Shown here piece after piece: positions 37,801 to 47,822 of a DNA stretch of 64,000 nt (positions are counted from its first letter, which is position 1; every line of letters begins with the position of its first letter). The position numbers and the translations under genes were made by a program. This stretch comes from Verrucomicrobiales bacterium (lineage in GTDB: Bacteria; Verrucomicrobiota; Verrucomicrobiia; Verrucomicrobiales; V1-33): the NCBI GenBank assembly GCA_031411295.1, contig JANOAV010000161.1, positions 15,822 to 79,821 on the forward strand. Reading direction: 5' to 3'. The notes beneath the pieces were generated by a model that worked only from the letters and a program-made list of their open reading frames with translations, did not search any database and had not been told where the DNA came from.

Positions 37801-39746
37801 CGTATAACCCGTTCATCGTGGATGAACTGGTGCGTCGGTGTTTCGGAGCCATGGGGAATCCATCTCCGCAGGGCATCTTCGCCACGGGCTATCTTAATGG
37901 AGATTTGAAAGGCTACTTCAATCTCTGCGAGCGCCCGTTGGAAGAATACTGGCAGGAATATTTCAGTAACACTAGCACGTGGGACGTGACGCCTAACGAC
38001 TGGTCTGCCAACTTATTTACCGACACGGATTGGCAGTCGGGCGACTCCGTGGCGTGGAAGGCAATGATGTCCTATTTCAAAGCGAACGATTTCTCCGTGC
38101 TGGCCAACTACCAAACCGGCACCACCTACTGGGACGTGAACAACGTGGCGGATTACTACATTATCAATGGATGGACGGGCATGCAGGACTGGCCGGGAAA
38201 CAATTTCTACTTTGCTCACGAACGCATTCCGGGCGGAAAATGGTGGTTCAGCATGTGGGACGCAGAGGGAGCGTTTGGGTCGTTTGGCCAAGTGAATACG
38301 ATCAATGAATTCGACAGCAATTTGCTGGTTCCTGAAAATGGATCACGCAATCCAGCGATCACGAACGATGACATGACGACGCGACTCATGATGCGGCGTT
38401 TCTACCAAAGCCCGGAATTTCGGATGGTCTTTGCGGACCGCTTGCAGAAACATTTCTTCAATGGCGGAGCGCTGAGCAGCCCGGTGGTAACGGCCTTACA
38501 TGATTCCATGAAAGCGCAGGTGGCCCCGATCATCAAAGCGGTCAATGGAGGGGACTTCTGGGACGGATGGTGGACCGATTGGGTGGTGGGCAGCGGCCGC
38601 ACAAATACCTTCCTAACGCAGTGTCGCACCTTGGGAATGTGGCCAGTGACGACAGCGCCTATCTTCAATCGCAGTGGTGGCACCATTTCCGCCACGCAAC
38701 CACTAGCAATCTCGCAGACGAACAGCAGCGGTGGATTCGCCATTTATTATACCACCACCGGAACAGATCCGCGGGCCGTGGGCGGCGGTGTGTCGGCGGA
38801 TGCGGCTACTGCTAGTTTCAGCGCCAGCCTTACCATCACCACGCCCACGACGGTGAAAGCGCGCGTGCGCAATCTCACTACGCTGGAATGGAGTCCGATC
38901 ACGCAAGGGGTCTTCGCTCCCCCACCCCCGACGCTGGCATTTACCGAGATCAACTACAACCCGCCGGGGTCGGGCGATGCCACGGAGTTCCTGGAAATTA
39001 CGAATATCGGCGGAGGCGTGGCTCCGCTCACTGGCGCGCATTTCACCGCAGGCGTCACTTATACTTTTGGAAACTTGAGCTTGGCCGCCGGGCAGAGTGT
39101 GGTCCTGGTCCGCGATCCAGTAGCCTTTGCGGCCGCGTATCCTGGAGTGACCATTGGCGGAACCTACACGGGGGCCTTAAACAACAGCGGAGACACCCTA
39201 ACACTGGTGGATTTTGCAGAACAAACCATCGCCACCGTGACCTATGGCGATTCCAACACGCCCGGCTGGCCTACGGAGCCTGACGGAAATGGCGGCACGT
39301 TAGTGCTGATGCGCCCCTGGGCGAATCCCGCCATGAACACCGCCGCTAACTGGCGCGCCAGCAGCACCCCGAACGGCAATCCTGGTGCGCCCGACAGCCT
39401 GCCGCTCATTTCCTCCAATCCCAACGCAGACAGCGATGGCGACGGCTACTCCGCCCTGGTGGAATACGCGTTAGGCACCAGCGACACCTCCGCTACCACC
39501 CGCCCCGTCATCACCACCAGCACCGCCGGAGGCCAAATGACCTTCAGCATCACCCGCCCCATCAACACCGACGACGCCATCGTCGAAGCCATCGAAAGCA
39601 CTGACCTCAGCGCTTGGAACGCCGCCGAGAAAGTCAGCGAAACCCCAGCCCCCAATGGTCAAACCACCACCACCTGGCGCTGCACCACGCCGCTGGCTGA
39701 ATTGAATCGGGTCTTCATCAAGCTGCGGGTGACGCTGAAACCGTGA
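34842..39746 (+). CDS. Large secreted CotH-kinase-family protein with lamin-tail, chitobiase/Fn3-like and PA14 domains
   Basis: Signal peptide; LTD (VIINEI, DWIELRN, FTEINYNP); GATIRYTTNGTEPT; PA14 (YGTRVRGFLHPPTTGSYIF..DDDGELWL); CotH (GYFNLCER, QDWPGNNF, WDAE); DSDGDG tail. Confidence 0.88.
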   Translation: MRALFFLLLLPIVAAAQSVIINEISAVQSERVLQWDAAGVSRPGCLTRWTEVGFDRSQWLSGPGPIGFGYGGEGTLLTGMSGSAVTYYLRREFTPTPAQLAATEPLQIVIDYDDGFVAYLNGVEVARRNLGAAKAYAYWDAVTFNTHAAGTPETITLGGASSLLRSGMNVLAIQMHNNAYAEGTQALPNTASGGGRMKCSAALNLTTASPQTLVAPADTWQYFIGRMEPSAGVFDAVPPPFAPNWSQVNFDDSTWPTVQGPMGFDAALTGVTSYIPLLGTNTNSILFAMRNNSVSAYGRRAFTLTQAQYDSITSLNMTVDWDDGYALFLNGVELSRANLGGTPGTLIPWFTSASDHGASADFNPNDPTRKVTIVVDKSRLQVGKNVLAGQLHNSSSGSSDLLLDVQFSANTTGGNLPLVQRNDLWTYFRPTAEIGTVATAAVPELSDWIELRNTTAAPVDLSGWSLTDDAAVPVKWTFPPGKIIPANGYLVVLASGRNITTPVSGGYLHTNFSLGASGEYLALRNQAGVISSVLTNVPDQDYFHTWGVDPNSGGYRFLALGTPGVANVGGAETDRVQKVDMDHETGYHAAGLQVGLTCPTVGATIRYTTNGTEPTETNGTLYTAPFDPTVKVTVGPGAGNILREVWQFTNNAYLAPPNLPVSTTPTVMNLLTSFETPTSWGDYYGTRVRGFLHPPTTGSYIFRLATDDDGELWLGTSADPNSKVKIASVVGWTSVREWGKFPAQTSVPISLVAGQRYYIEMRFSEGGGGDNGAVGWTGPGISAITVIEGRYLSPPDVIPPGVTGLPGGAVVRARAFLPGLLPSEIRSRSFVTGADSRVQNFPAIFLSGDPGRTFYLPNGIFSISGGAWNGGGDWAATNTGTDYDFCLMHGQAWERPAQFEFVSPGNVVDVRTTLGVRFSGSVWSRTKYTNQGLENGTWNAGWTNKPQMAIRFRGELGDSTLHKEKFIPTSKLNDWETLKIRAGKNDPYNPFIVDELVRRCFGAMGNPSPQGIFATGYLNGDLKGYFNLCERPLEEYWQEYFSNTSTWDVTPNDWSANLFTDTDWQSGDSVAWKAMMSYFKANDFSVLANYQTGTTYWDVNNVADYYIINGWTGMQDWPGNNFYFAHERIPGGKWWFSMWDAEGAFGSFGQVNTINEFDSNLLVPENGSRNPAITNDDMTTRLMMRRFYQSPEFRMVFADRLQKHFFNGGALSSPVVTALHDSMKAQVAPIIKAVNGGDFWDGWWTDWVVGSGRTNTFLTQCRTLGMWPVTTAPIFNRSGGTISATQPLAISQTNSSGGFAIYYTTTGTDPRAVGGGVSADAATASFSASLTITTPTTVKARVRNLTTLEWSPITQGVFAPPPPTLAFTEINYNPPGSGDATEFLEITNIGGGVAPLTGAHFTAGVTYTFGNLSLAAGQSVVLVRDPVAFAAAYPGVTIGGTYTGALNNSGDTLTLVDFAEQTIATVTYGDSNTPGWPTEPDGNGGTLVLMRPWANPAMNTAANWRASSTPNGNPGAPDSLPLISSNPNADSDGDGYSALVEYALGTSDTSATTRPVITTSTAGGQMTFSITRPINTDDAIVEAIESTDLSAWNAAEKVSETPAPNGQTTTTWRCTTPLAELNRVFIKLRVTLKP

Positions 39747-39810
39747 TAAGTTCCTCCCTGACCCAAGATTAAAACCCCAAAAAATTCTAAAAACTTCTCC
39801 CAAAATCCTT

Positions 39811-39838
39811 TTGACACTTGCGGTGAGGGAAATACAGT
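39811..39838 (+). promoter_or_regulatory. Sigma70-type promoter upstream of tRNA-Thr/tuf
   Basis: TTGACA-N16-TACAGT, with an A-rich upstream tract and a GC-rich discriminator. Confidence 0.55.
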
Positions 39839-40005
39839 CCGCGACGCAATGCGAAAAGGCGAGTGGTAGGCTCACTCGGGTCGTTGAGGAATTTCCCTGA
39901 AGAAAATCTCTTAAATCTTCTTCAGAAAAAATCGACTCCCCCAGTGAACCTACCTTTCCTTTTCTCTACGTCCGGCGGTCCCCCCGTTCGCGACATTGTC
40001 GTTTT

Positions 40006-40080
<75 letters not shown>

Positions 40081-40161
40081 CTCCCTAAAATTCCCAATTA
40101 AGAAATAACCAACACCTAAAAACCGCACGGTTCCACCGGGCACAACCACACCCCATCCATC

Positions 40162-41346
40162 ATGGCTAAAGAAGCATTTCAAAGAAACAAGCCGCACGTG
40201 AACATCGGCACCATCGGTCACGTTGACCATGGCAAGACCACCCTCACGGCCGCTATCACCTCCACGCTCGCCAAGAAAGGCTTCGCCCAAGCCAAAGGCT
40301 ATGCGGACATCGACGCTGCTCCAGAAGAGAAAGCCCGCGGTATTACCATCAACACCGCCCACGTCGAATACGAAACCGAAAATCGCCACTATGCCCACGT
40401 GGATTGCCCAGGACACGCTGACTATGTCAAGAACATGATCACCGGTGCCGCGCAAATGGACGGCGGCATTCTTGTCGTTTCCGCCGCTGACGGCCCGATG
40501 CCACAAACTCGTGAGCACATCCTTCTCGCCCGCCAAGTTGGTGTGCCTGCGCTGGTTGTCTTCATGAACAAAGTTGACATGGTGGATGACGCTGAACTCC
40601 TCGACCTCGTCGAAATGGAAATCCGCGATCTCCTCAGCCAATATGAATTCCCAGGCGACGACGTGCCGATTGTCAAAGGTTCTGCCAAGCTGGCTCTCGA
40701 AGGCAATGCCGATCAAGAAGCCAACATCCTCAAGTTGATGGAAGCGGTTGATAACTACATCCCGCTCCCTGAGCGTCCGATCGACCAACCTTTCCTCATG
40801 CCAGTTGAAGACGTATTCGCGATTGAAGGTCGTGGAACCGTCGCCACTGGTCGGGTGGAGCGTGGTATCGTGAAGAAGATGGAAGAAGTAGAAATCATCG
40901 GCTTCAAGGATACCGTTAAGACCACCGTGACGGACATCGAAATGTTCCGTAAGCTCCTCGACGAAGGTCGTGCGGGTGACAACGTCGGTCTGCTCCTCCG
41001 CGGCGTGAAAAAAGACGCCGTCGAGCGCGGTCAAGTGCTCGCCAAGACCGGTTCCGTGAAGCCCCACACCAAGTTCAAGGCTGAGGTCTATGTCCTCTCC
41101 AAAGACGAAGGTGGCCGTCACACGCCGTTCTTCAACAACTACCGTCCTCAGTTCTACGTCCGCACCACGGACGTGACCGGCAGCATCAAACTCCCCGAAG
41201 GCGTGGAAATGGTGATGCCTGGCGACAATATCGCCATGGAAGTCGAACTGATCACTCCGATCGCCCTTGAGCGCACGATGCGTTTCGCTATCCGTGAAGG
41301 TGGCCGCACCGTCGGAGCCGGTCGTGTCGCTGACATCATCGCCTAA
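40162..41346 (+). CDS. tuf: Elongation factor Tu
   Basis: [40 protein letters not shown]. Confidence 0.99.
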   Translation: MAKEAFQRNKPHVNIGTIGHVDHGKTTLTAAITSTLAKKGFAQAKGYADIDAAPEEKARGITINTAHVEYETENRHYAHVDCPGHADYVKNMITGAAQMDGGILVVSAADGPMPQTREHILLARQVGVPALVVFMNKVDMVDDAELLDLVEMEIRDLLSQYEFPGDDVPIVKGSAKLALEGNADQEANILKLMEAVDNYIPLPERPIDQPFLMPVEDVFAIEGRGTVATGRVERGIVKKMEEVEIIGFKDTVKTTVTDIEMFRKLLDEGRAGDNVGLLLRGVKKDAVERGQVLAKTGSVKPHTKFKAEVYVLSKDEGGRHTPFFNNYRPQFYVRTTDVTGSIKLPEGVEMVMPGDNIAMEVELITPIALERTMRFAIREGGRTVGAGRVADIIA

Positions 41347-41397
41347 TCAGGAAATAAAATCCCCGTTTCTGTTCTGAGAAGAGCAGACAACCCCTCC

Positions 41398-41431
41398 GCA
41401 GGGTGCCCAGCAATGGGCACCCTGCTTTTTT
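41398..41431 (+). terminator. Rho-independent terminator after tuf
   Basis: GCAGGGTGCCC-AGCAAT-GGGCACCCTGC followed by T6. Confidence 0.9.
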
Positions 41432-41527
41432 GTGCCGATTTACCGAGAATGGAAGTGCGTTTTCGGGTTACTACTTGCATCCGCAGGAGGCTCGGCTTAG
41501 TTCCGGGATAATCCCCCATCATTTTTT

Positions 41528-42910
41528 ATGTCTAAGTATGATCTTTTAGTTATTGGCGGCGGCCCAGCAGGGTATGTCGGAGCGATTCGTGCAGCGCAAC
41601 TCGGTAAGAAAGTTGCCGTTGTGGAAATGGACCGTGCCGGTGGCACGTGCTTGAACTGGGGCTGTCTGCCGACCAAGTCGCTGCTGCGCAATGCCGAATT
41701 GTATCATCTCATGACCCATAAAGCTGGAGAGTTCGGTTTCGCCTTCGATAACCTGACCTTTGATTGGAGTAAAGTCATTGGTCGGAGTCGCAAAATTTCC
41801 GATAAATTGGCTGGCGGCATCGAGTTTCTCTTTAAGAAAAACAAGATCGACTACATCCGGGGCAAGGGCATCGTGACCGCTCCGGGTAAGGTGGAAGTCA
41901 CTGCCACGGACGGCACCAAGAGCAACTTGGAAGCCGGGAAGATCCTCGTGGCCACCGGTTGCGTGACACGTGAGTTGCCGAATTTTCCGTTCAATGGCAC
42001 GAGCGTTGTCGGCAGTCATGATGCCATGATCCTGCCCACCCAACCGAAGGAAATTATCATTATCGGAGCAGGCGCCATCGGTATTGAGTTCGCTTATTTC
42101 TTCAACGCCTTCGGCACCAAAGTAACCGTGGTGGAAATGTTACCTAACATCCTCCCAGTGGAAGACACCGACGTCAGCGTCGCCCTGGAGAAGAGTTTCA
42201 AACGCCTTGGTATTAACTGTCTGACGAACACCAAGGTGACTGGCACCAAAGCCACGCCCACGGGTGTGGAAATCACCGTGGAAAATGCCGCCGGCACCAA
42301 AGTTCTAACAGGCGACGTTTGTCTGGTGGCCATCGGGGTGAAGCCATTGCTACCCGGCGGAGTGGAGCCGAAGTTGACTGACCGTGGCTATATTGCGATC
42401 GATGCCCGTTACCAAACCAGCATTAAGGACGTGTATGCTGCTGGAGATATTATCGGGCCTCCATGGCTGGCGCACGTGGCCAGTTGGGAAGCCATCCAAG
42501 CAGTGGAAGGAATGTTTACCAAGCACGTGCCGAAGAAGATCAGCGTCTTCCCTGGTTGCACCTATTGCCAACCCCAAGTCGCCAGCGTCGGCCTGACCGA
42601 GCGGGCCGCCAAGGAAAAGGGCTTGGCCTACAAAGTAGGCATGTTCCCATTCCAAGCGAGTGGCAAAGCCATGGCGGTGGGGGAAACCGATGGGTTCGTG
42701 AAACTCATCATCGGTGCCAAGCATGGCGAAATCATTGGCGCGCATATCATCGGCAGTGAGGCCACGGAAATGATCGCTGAAATGGGCCTGGCCATCACCC
42801 TGGAAGCCACCATCGAAGAAATCGAAGCCACGATCCACGCCCACCCAACGCTAGCCGAGGCCATGCACGAAGCCGCCGGAGCTGCCGAGGGCAAAGCAAT
42901 ACATATCTAG
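41528..42910 (+). CDS. lpdA: Dihydrolipoyl dehydrogenase
   Basis: IGGGPAGY, GGTCLNWGCLP, GAGAIGIE, HAHPTLAE. Confidence 0.97.
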   Translation: MSKYDLLVIGGGPAGYVGAIRAAQLGKKVAVVEMDRAGGTCLNWGCLPTKSLLRNAELYHLMTHKAGEFGFAFDNLTFDWSKVIGRSRKISDKLAGGIEFLFKKNKIDYIRGKGIVTAPGKVEVTATDGTKSNLEAGKILVATGCVTRELPNFPFNGTSVVGSHDAMILPTQPKEIIIIGAGAIGIEFAYFFNAFGTKVTVVEMLPNILPVEDTDVSVALEKSFKRLGINCLTNTKVTGTKATPTGVEITVENAAGTKVLTGDVCLVAIGVKPLLPGGVEPKLTDRGYIAIDARYQTSIKDVYAAGDIIGPPWLAHVASWEAIQAVEGMFTKHVPKKISVFPGCTYCQPQVASVGLTERAAKEKGLAYKVGMFPFQASGKAMAVGETDGFVKLIIGAKHGEIIGAHIIGSEATEMIAEMGLAITLEATIEEIEATIHAHPTLAEAMHEAAGAAEGKAIHI

Positions 42911-42917
42911 CATTTCC

Positions 42918-44231
42918 CTACGCCAGCACCAGCGGGCCACCTGCGCTCAACGCCTTGTTACCAAAGGTTTCTAGCCGATGTCCCATGGCGTGGGCGAGGG
43001 TGAGCCAGAGGCGATTGTGGGCCAGGTTGTCGAATTTCAGGGCTCGACCCATGGGCAGTCCCAGCCCGCCACCGAGCAACACAAACGGAATATTGTCGTG
43101 GCTGTGGCTGTTGCCTTTCCCCAATTCGTTGGTCCAGATGATCGTGGTGTGGTCCAGCATGGAACCCTCCCCACCCGGCTCGGGTGTGGCCTCCAACTTG
43201 CGGGCCAGCATGGCGAGTTGTTCGCAGAACCACGTATCAATCTTTACTAACTTTTCTTGCGACCCCACGTTCAGATCTGGATCATGAGAGAGTCCGTGGT
43301 GGTTATCATCAATTCCCAGCCACTTCATGCGCGCCTGACCAACCGAGCTGGTGTATTGCAGGGTAGCCACCCGTGCCAGATCATTGGCCAAGGCATTCAC
43401 CAGCAAATCCGTCTGCACTCCCGAGACCTTCGGCATCCCGTCATTGTCCAAGTCCATGCCAATCTCCAGGGCTGGGGGCGGTTGGCTGAGCTTCTGGGCG
43501 GCCGCTTGTTGCAGTTCCTGCTCCATTTGCCGGACAAATGACAGGTGCTGCTCCAAGAGCGATTTCTCCGCCATGGGCAGGTTATTGCTAACTGTTTTCA
43601 ATTCCTCCGTCACTTCATCAAGCACACTGCCCAAACTCTCGCGATCCTTGGTCTGGCCATAGAGTTTCTCGAATACTTCATAGGGGTTGCTCAGTGGAGC
43701 CAGCGGGGCATTCGGTCCGGCATACGTCCAGCGCGTCCAGGGGTCTGCGCGATTCGGCACGGCCACGCCCAGCTCCAGCGAGCCAAAGCGGGTAGCGGTC
43801 TCGGGCTTGCTTTGGAGGAAATTTTTCAACTCCTGATCAATGGACAATCCACTGGCCCAGCCAGCGGGATTCTCTCCCCCACCCTGAATGTTTCCCGGGA
43901 ATAACTCGATGGCCGTGAGCAAACAACTCATGCCGCGCATGTGCCCATCACCATCGCCCCGCACCTTGTTGGAGATGCCTTTGATCGTCATGAGCCGCTG
44001 TTTGAACGGTTCCAGAGGGGCCAGAATTTTCTTTAATTTAAAGTCTGTGCCCACCTCATCCGGCCAGAACTCAGGCACGACGACCCCGTTAGGGCTAAAC
44101 ATGAAAATGACCCGTTGCGGCTTGGAGCGCGCGCCCTCCGCGTGTAGATGTGGCAGCGCAGGCAGGAATGGCAAGGCCGCGGCAGAGAGGCCCAGGCGTT
44201 GGAGGAAATGACGACGAGAAAGAGCGTTCAT
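42918..44231 (-). CDS. DUF1552 domain-containing protein (Tat signal)
   Basis: SRRHFL, FSPNGV, SIDQ, HHGLSH, SMLDHT..W.NELG.GNSHSH. Confidence 0.92.
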   Translation of the reverse strand: MNALSRRHFLQRLGLSAAALPFLPALPHLHAEGARSKPQRVIFMFSPNGVVVPEFWPDEVGTDFKLKKILAPLEPFKQRLMTIKGISNKVRGDGDGHMRGMSCLLTAIELFPGNIQGGGENPAGWASGLSIDQELKNFLQSKPETATRFGSLELGVAVPNRADPWTRWTYAGPNAPLAPLSNPYEVFEKLYGQTKDRESLGSVLDEVTEELKTVSNNLPMAEKSLLEQHLSFVRQMEQELQQAAAQKLSQPPPALEIGMDLDNDGMPKVSGVQTDLLVNALANDLARVATLQYTSSVGQARMKWLGIDDNHHGLSHDPDLNVGSQEKLVKIDTWFCEQLAMLARKLEATPEPGGEGSMLDHTTIIWTNELGKGNSHSHDNIPFVLLGGGLGLPMGRALKFDNLAHNRLWLTLAHAMGHRLETFGNKALSAGGPLVLA

Positions 44232-46603
44232 CGGCTGGCTTGGTTGGAGGATGGCGGCGGTGGTTGCGCGGCTAGGACGTTGATGGCAATGAAAAGATAG
44301 CGCATGTGAAAGGCGGACTTGGCGAAATTTTCGTTTAGTTTATCCAAAGTATCGAGACCATAAGCAGCGGCGGGTTGCTTCACGGTGAAATGAAACATTT
44401 GCTGCACGAAACCCCGTTGGGCTTGGACACTGGAAACGGCATAGGTCGCCAAATCGCGCGGGCCTTGCAGTTTCACGACGTCGCCATCGGAGGTGACATA
44501 GTCAGAGACAGCATTCACGGGCTTGTTGTTATCCGTGGTGCGATACCGACCCACGGCATCGAAATTTTCCAACGTGAATCCCAGCGGATTGATTGTGACA
44601 TGACACCCCATGCAGGAGGCTTTGTCGGTCATGGAGGCTACTTTTTCTCGCATCGTTAGGGTGGGATCGAAGCGCTCATCCTTGAACTCAATCGCCATCG
44701 GAGGCGGCTTGAGCAGACGGCCCATAACATTGCGGGTGAGGAACACCCCCCGGTGCACAGGGGAGGAAGAGCGCACATAGGAAAATGTGGCGAGGAGAAA
44801 TGGATGCGTGAAGATCCCTGCGCGCTGGGCGCGGTCAAATTTCACTTGAGTGAAATCACCGGCTGCCGCCTCGGCCGGAAGGGCGGTTCCGTAAAAGGCG
44901 GCTAGTCTGGGGTTCAAATAGAGGTAGTCCGCTTCCAATAACTCCCGGTAGTCGGACTGCTCACTCCAAGCCACATGGTCCACGAACAATTCCAGCGAGC
45001 GACGCAAATCAGCCACCAGCGGACGATCGAAGCCGGGATAGGTCTTGTCATCCTTGCTGAGATCTCCCCCTTCGGAGAGCTTCAACCAGTGGGCAAAAAA
45101 TTCGTGCAATTTGGCACGTGCCCGGGGATCGCTCATCATGCGGACTGCGTGGGCGTTGATTTGTTCCGGGGTGTGGAGTTCCCCCTTCTTGGCCGCTTCG
45201 GCCAGCGGGGCATCTGGCAGAGAGTCCCACATCCCTAACGCCAAGCGGGCGGCCACGCTGGCATCATCCGACTCGTGGCCTACTTCTGGATACAGGAAGC
45301 GGGGGGATTTTAAGATCAGCATGGTAGCTCGTTTTACAGCTAGTTCCGGCTCCACCCCTTCAGAGAACGCGCGATCCACGTAGAGTTTGCGGAGGTCGTC
45401 ATTCAAGGGCCTCCGGAAGGCCCGTTCCGCAAAGGTAGCCACGAATTGCCTCAATTTATCCACTCGGTCCGGAGCGTTCTCCTTGACCTGAGCCAGATGC
45501 CCCAAGCGTTCACTGGCTTCATTTCCCATCGCAATGGCTGCCCGCGTCGTGGCCTCATGCCATCCCAGCGAGACGGCGTTGCCACGCTCGTAGCCCACGC
45601 TGCCATCGTCTGCCGGGAAGGCGGTGCTCACCACTGCCACGCGAGTGGCTGCCGCTGGGGAAATATAGGGCGCTGCGATGACCGCCCAATCCACGCTGGG
45701 AGACTTCCATTCCAACGACATCATGCCCCGCTTTTCCTTGTATTTAAAATAGTCCAACCGAAGCGGATAGGCTCGACCGCCCAGCAAGAACATCTTGGCG
45801 GTGGCCTCCCTAACCGTCTCCCCAGAACTCACCCAAGCATCAATCAAGGCGGGCTGAATCTTTCCACTGCTGTCGTCGCGATAGTTCCCGTCCCCATCTT
45901 TCTTGTCTCCATTTAAGTAGAGTCGCGCCCCGTTCGGGGTTTTGATACGAAATTCATACCAACCCGTTTCGGTCGGCAGCAGGGAGCCTTCCCAGGCGAT
46001 GGAAAACTGATCTGGCTTGATGTCCGGTGCGGGCGGGCCCTCGGCAAAGTCGAATGCCAAGCGTGCATCCACCCGATCCAATCCATGCTTGGCCTTCTTG
46101 TTCATGCCGTCGGAAGAGAAATATTTTCCCGCCAAGCCCTTCGGCTCTCCGAGCGGGAGCACCTTGCCGAAACTGCCAAAGAGATCCGCCACGGATTCTT
46201 GGAATTGCCGATTCGTCAGCCGGGAGAAATCTCGTTTCGGCGGATGCAGCCGCGCGCGGGCCGCTTGGGAGTAGAAGGCATCGTAAATATACTTCGCCAC
46301 CGCCTTGGCGTCCTCACCCACGCAGAGTTCAGGCTTTTCGTCAGGCATCGTTTTATCGATGTATTTCGCCAGCGCTTCCAAGGATCGCTCGCCTCGTAAA
46401 GGTTCATCCGACTTGTCGGCCACGCCCTCGCCAGATTTCCCGTGGCACTCGACACACAGCTTTTGATAAATGGCCTCTCCGTTTGGTGCGGGAGGTGTCT
46501 CCTGGGCTGCCAGCGGAGCAAAACTTCCACTCAGTCCACAGCACGCCAGCACGCGAACCAAGGAACGCAATGGATTGGGGGCGGTGGGGGACGGTTGCTT
46601 CAT
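44228..46603 (-). CDS. Cytochrome c + PA14 + DUF1587/1595/1592/1588/1585 protein
   Basis: CVECH, RLTNRQF, PA14-like FSIAWEGSL, AFRRP, SPRFLY, SSPVHRG, CMGCH..INPLGF.LENFDAVGRYR. Confidence 0.9.
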   Translation of the reverse strand: MKQPSPTAPNPLRSLVRVLACCGLSGSFAPLAAQETPPAPNGEAIYQKLCVECHGKSGEGVADKSDEPLRGERSLEALAKYIDKTMPDEKPELCVGEDAKAVAKYIYDAFYSQAARARLHPPKRDFSRLTNRQFQESVADLFGSFGKVLPLGEPKGLAGKYFSSDGMNKKAKHGLDRVDARLAFDFAEGPPAPDIKPDQFSIAWEGSLLPTETGWYEFRIKTPNGARLYLNGDKKDGDGNYRDDSSGKIQPALIDAWVSSGETVREATAKMFLLGGRAYPLRLDYFKYKEKRGMMSLEWKSPSVDWAVIAAPYISPAAATRVAVVSTAFPADDGSVGYERGNAVSLGWHEATTRAAIAMGNEASERLGHLAQVKENAPDRVDKLRQFVATFAERAFRRPLNDDLRKLYVDRAFSEGVEPELAVKRATMLILKSPRFLYPEVGHESDDASVAARLALGMWDSLPDAPLAEAAKKGELHTPEQINAHAVRMMSDPRARAKLHEFFAHWLKLSEGGDLSKDDKTYPGFDRPLVADLRRSLELFVDHVAWSEQSDYRELLEADYLYLNPRLAAFYGTALPAEAAAGDFTQVKFDRAQRAGIFTHPFLLATFSYVRSSSPVHRGVFLTRNVMGRLLKPPPMAIEFKDERFDPTLTMREKVASMTDKASCMGCHVTINPLGFTLENFDAVGRYRTTDNNKPVNAVSDYVTSDGDVVKLQGPRDLATYAVSSVQAQRGFVQQMFHFTVKQPAAAYGLDTLDKLNENFAKSAFHMRYLFIAINVLAAQPPPPSSNQASR

Positions 46604-46821
46604 GTTCAAATTGGGGGGACCACTCATTGGTGTCTTTAAGAAACGTCGGATATGACCGGATGCGCTCGGTTTTATTTACGCATTTATAGGCTCCCGTAGC
46701 TGCGGGTAAACGCTGCCAGCAGGACAGGAACTGCTCAGCAGGATGTCGATCAGGGATCCCTTAACCCCGTGAAAATCCTTTGGCGGCGGCAGCTTTCTGT
46801 GATATCGGTGCGTCAGCCACC

Positions 46822-47325
46822 ATGACCACAGACGCACTCACTTGGGAATCCATTATCGCAGACCGCAGTCTGCGTGATTTGCCGTATAAGATTGAAACGA
46901 ACCGTCATCAACAAATCATCATGAGTCCCGCCACCTTCTGGCACAGCGATTACCAAGGAGAAATCACCGCCCTGCTGAGCCGACTGCTGCCCAACGGAAA
47001 AGTTCCCGTGGAATGCGCCATCCAAACGTCAGAAGGCATCAGAGTGCCGGATGCGGCTTGGATTTCATTGGAACGCCGCAAGCCACACCGCCGTGCCACC
47101 GTGCTGCCCATCGCACCAGAGATTTGCGTGGAAGTCCTTTCCCCTTCGAATACGCGGGGACACATGATCGAGAAAATGACGCTCTATTTCGCCAAAGGCG
47201 CGGAAGAGGTCTGGCTCTGCGATGAAGCTGGTCGCATGGAATTTTTCACGGCCCCCAGCGCCCCAGATTCCGTAGCCGCCTCTGTGCGGTGTCCGGATTT
47301 TCCGGTGCAGTTGGACGTGGATTAA
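46822..47325 (+). CDS. Uma2 family endonuclease-like protein
   Basis: IIMSPA, VPDAAWIS, APEICVEVLSPSN, YFAKGAEEVW. Confidence 0.9.
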   Translation: MTTDALTWESIIADRSLRDLPYKIETNRHQQIIMSPATFWHSDYQGEITALLSRLLPNGKVPVECAIQTSEGIRVPDAAWISLERRKPHRRATVLPIAPEICVEVLSPSNTRGHMIEKMTLYFAKGAEEVWLCDEAGRMEFFTAPSAPDSVAASVRCPDFPVQLDVD

Positions 47326-47433
47326 GGCCGACCATCGCCCTCTTCCCAAGAATAGAGCTTCCGCCTAGCGTGAGAACTCATTTGATTCACGAGGTTCCCA
47401 TTGCCAAGAACTGAACTTGGGCTAGGCTTTGGC

Positions 47434-47652
47434 ATGATAGATCGGATCACCTTCAATCCCCAGCAATGTGGTGGACGCCCCTGTATTCGGGGGCTGCGCG
47501 TCCGTGTGCAGGATATCTTAAATCTCTTAGCCGAAGGCCTTTCGCACGCCGAAATCTTAGAAGACTTCCCATATTTGGAGGCCGCTGACCTCACAGCGTG
47601 CTTGGCGTATGCGGCTTCTGAAGCTGACCACCCGGTGCTCTTAACTCACTAG
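47434..47652 (+). CDS. DUF433 family antitoxin
   Basis: RITFNPQQCGGRPCIRGLRVRV...EILEDFPYLE..D..ACLAYA. Confidence 0.92.
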   Translation: MIDRITFNPQQCGGRPCIRGLRVRVQDILNLLAEGLSHAEILEDFPYLEAADLTACLAYAASEADHPVLLTH

Positions 47653-47656
47653 CATC

Positions 47657-47683
47657 ATGCGGTTCCTGATTGAGGTAAGATGA
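47657..47683 (+). pseudogene. Stub of DUF5615 (PIN-like) toxin
   Basis: MRFLIEVR* starts 4 nt after the DUF433 stop. DUF5615 partners typically begin M(K/R)FL(I/V)D. Confidence 0.5.
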
Positions 47684-47822
47684 TCCTCGATTGCATGGGC
47701 GGAGTCGCTCCCGAACCAAAAAATTCCCCGAAATTTCCCCAGCGGATTGAATTTTGTGGTGCAAATTACGCCCCCGCCCGGCCACTTATCCACTTTCTCA
47801 TTCTCTTACTCCCCCACCCACC

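Noticed and set aside
39845..39900. Small RNA or extra tRNA in the tRNA-Thr leader
   Set aside because: Only a short CGAGTG/CACTCG hairpin is present, with no cloverleaf or known motif.
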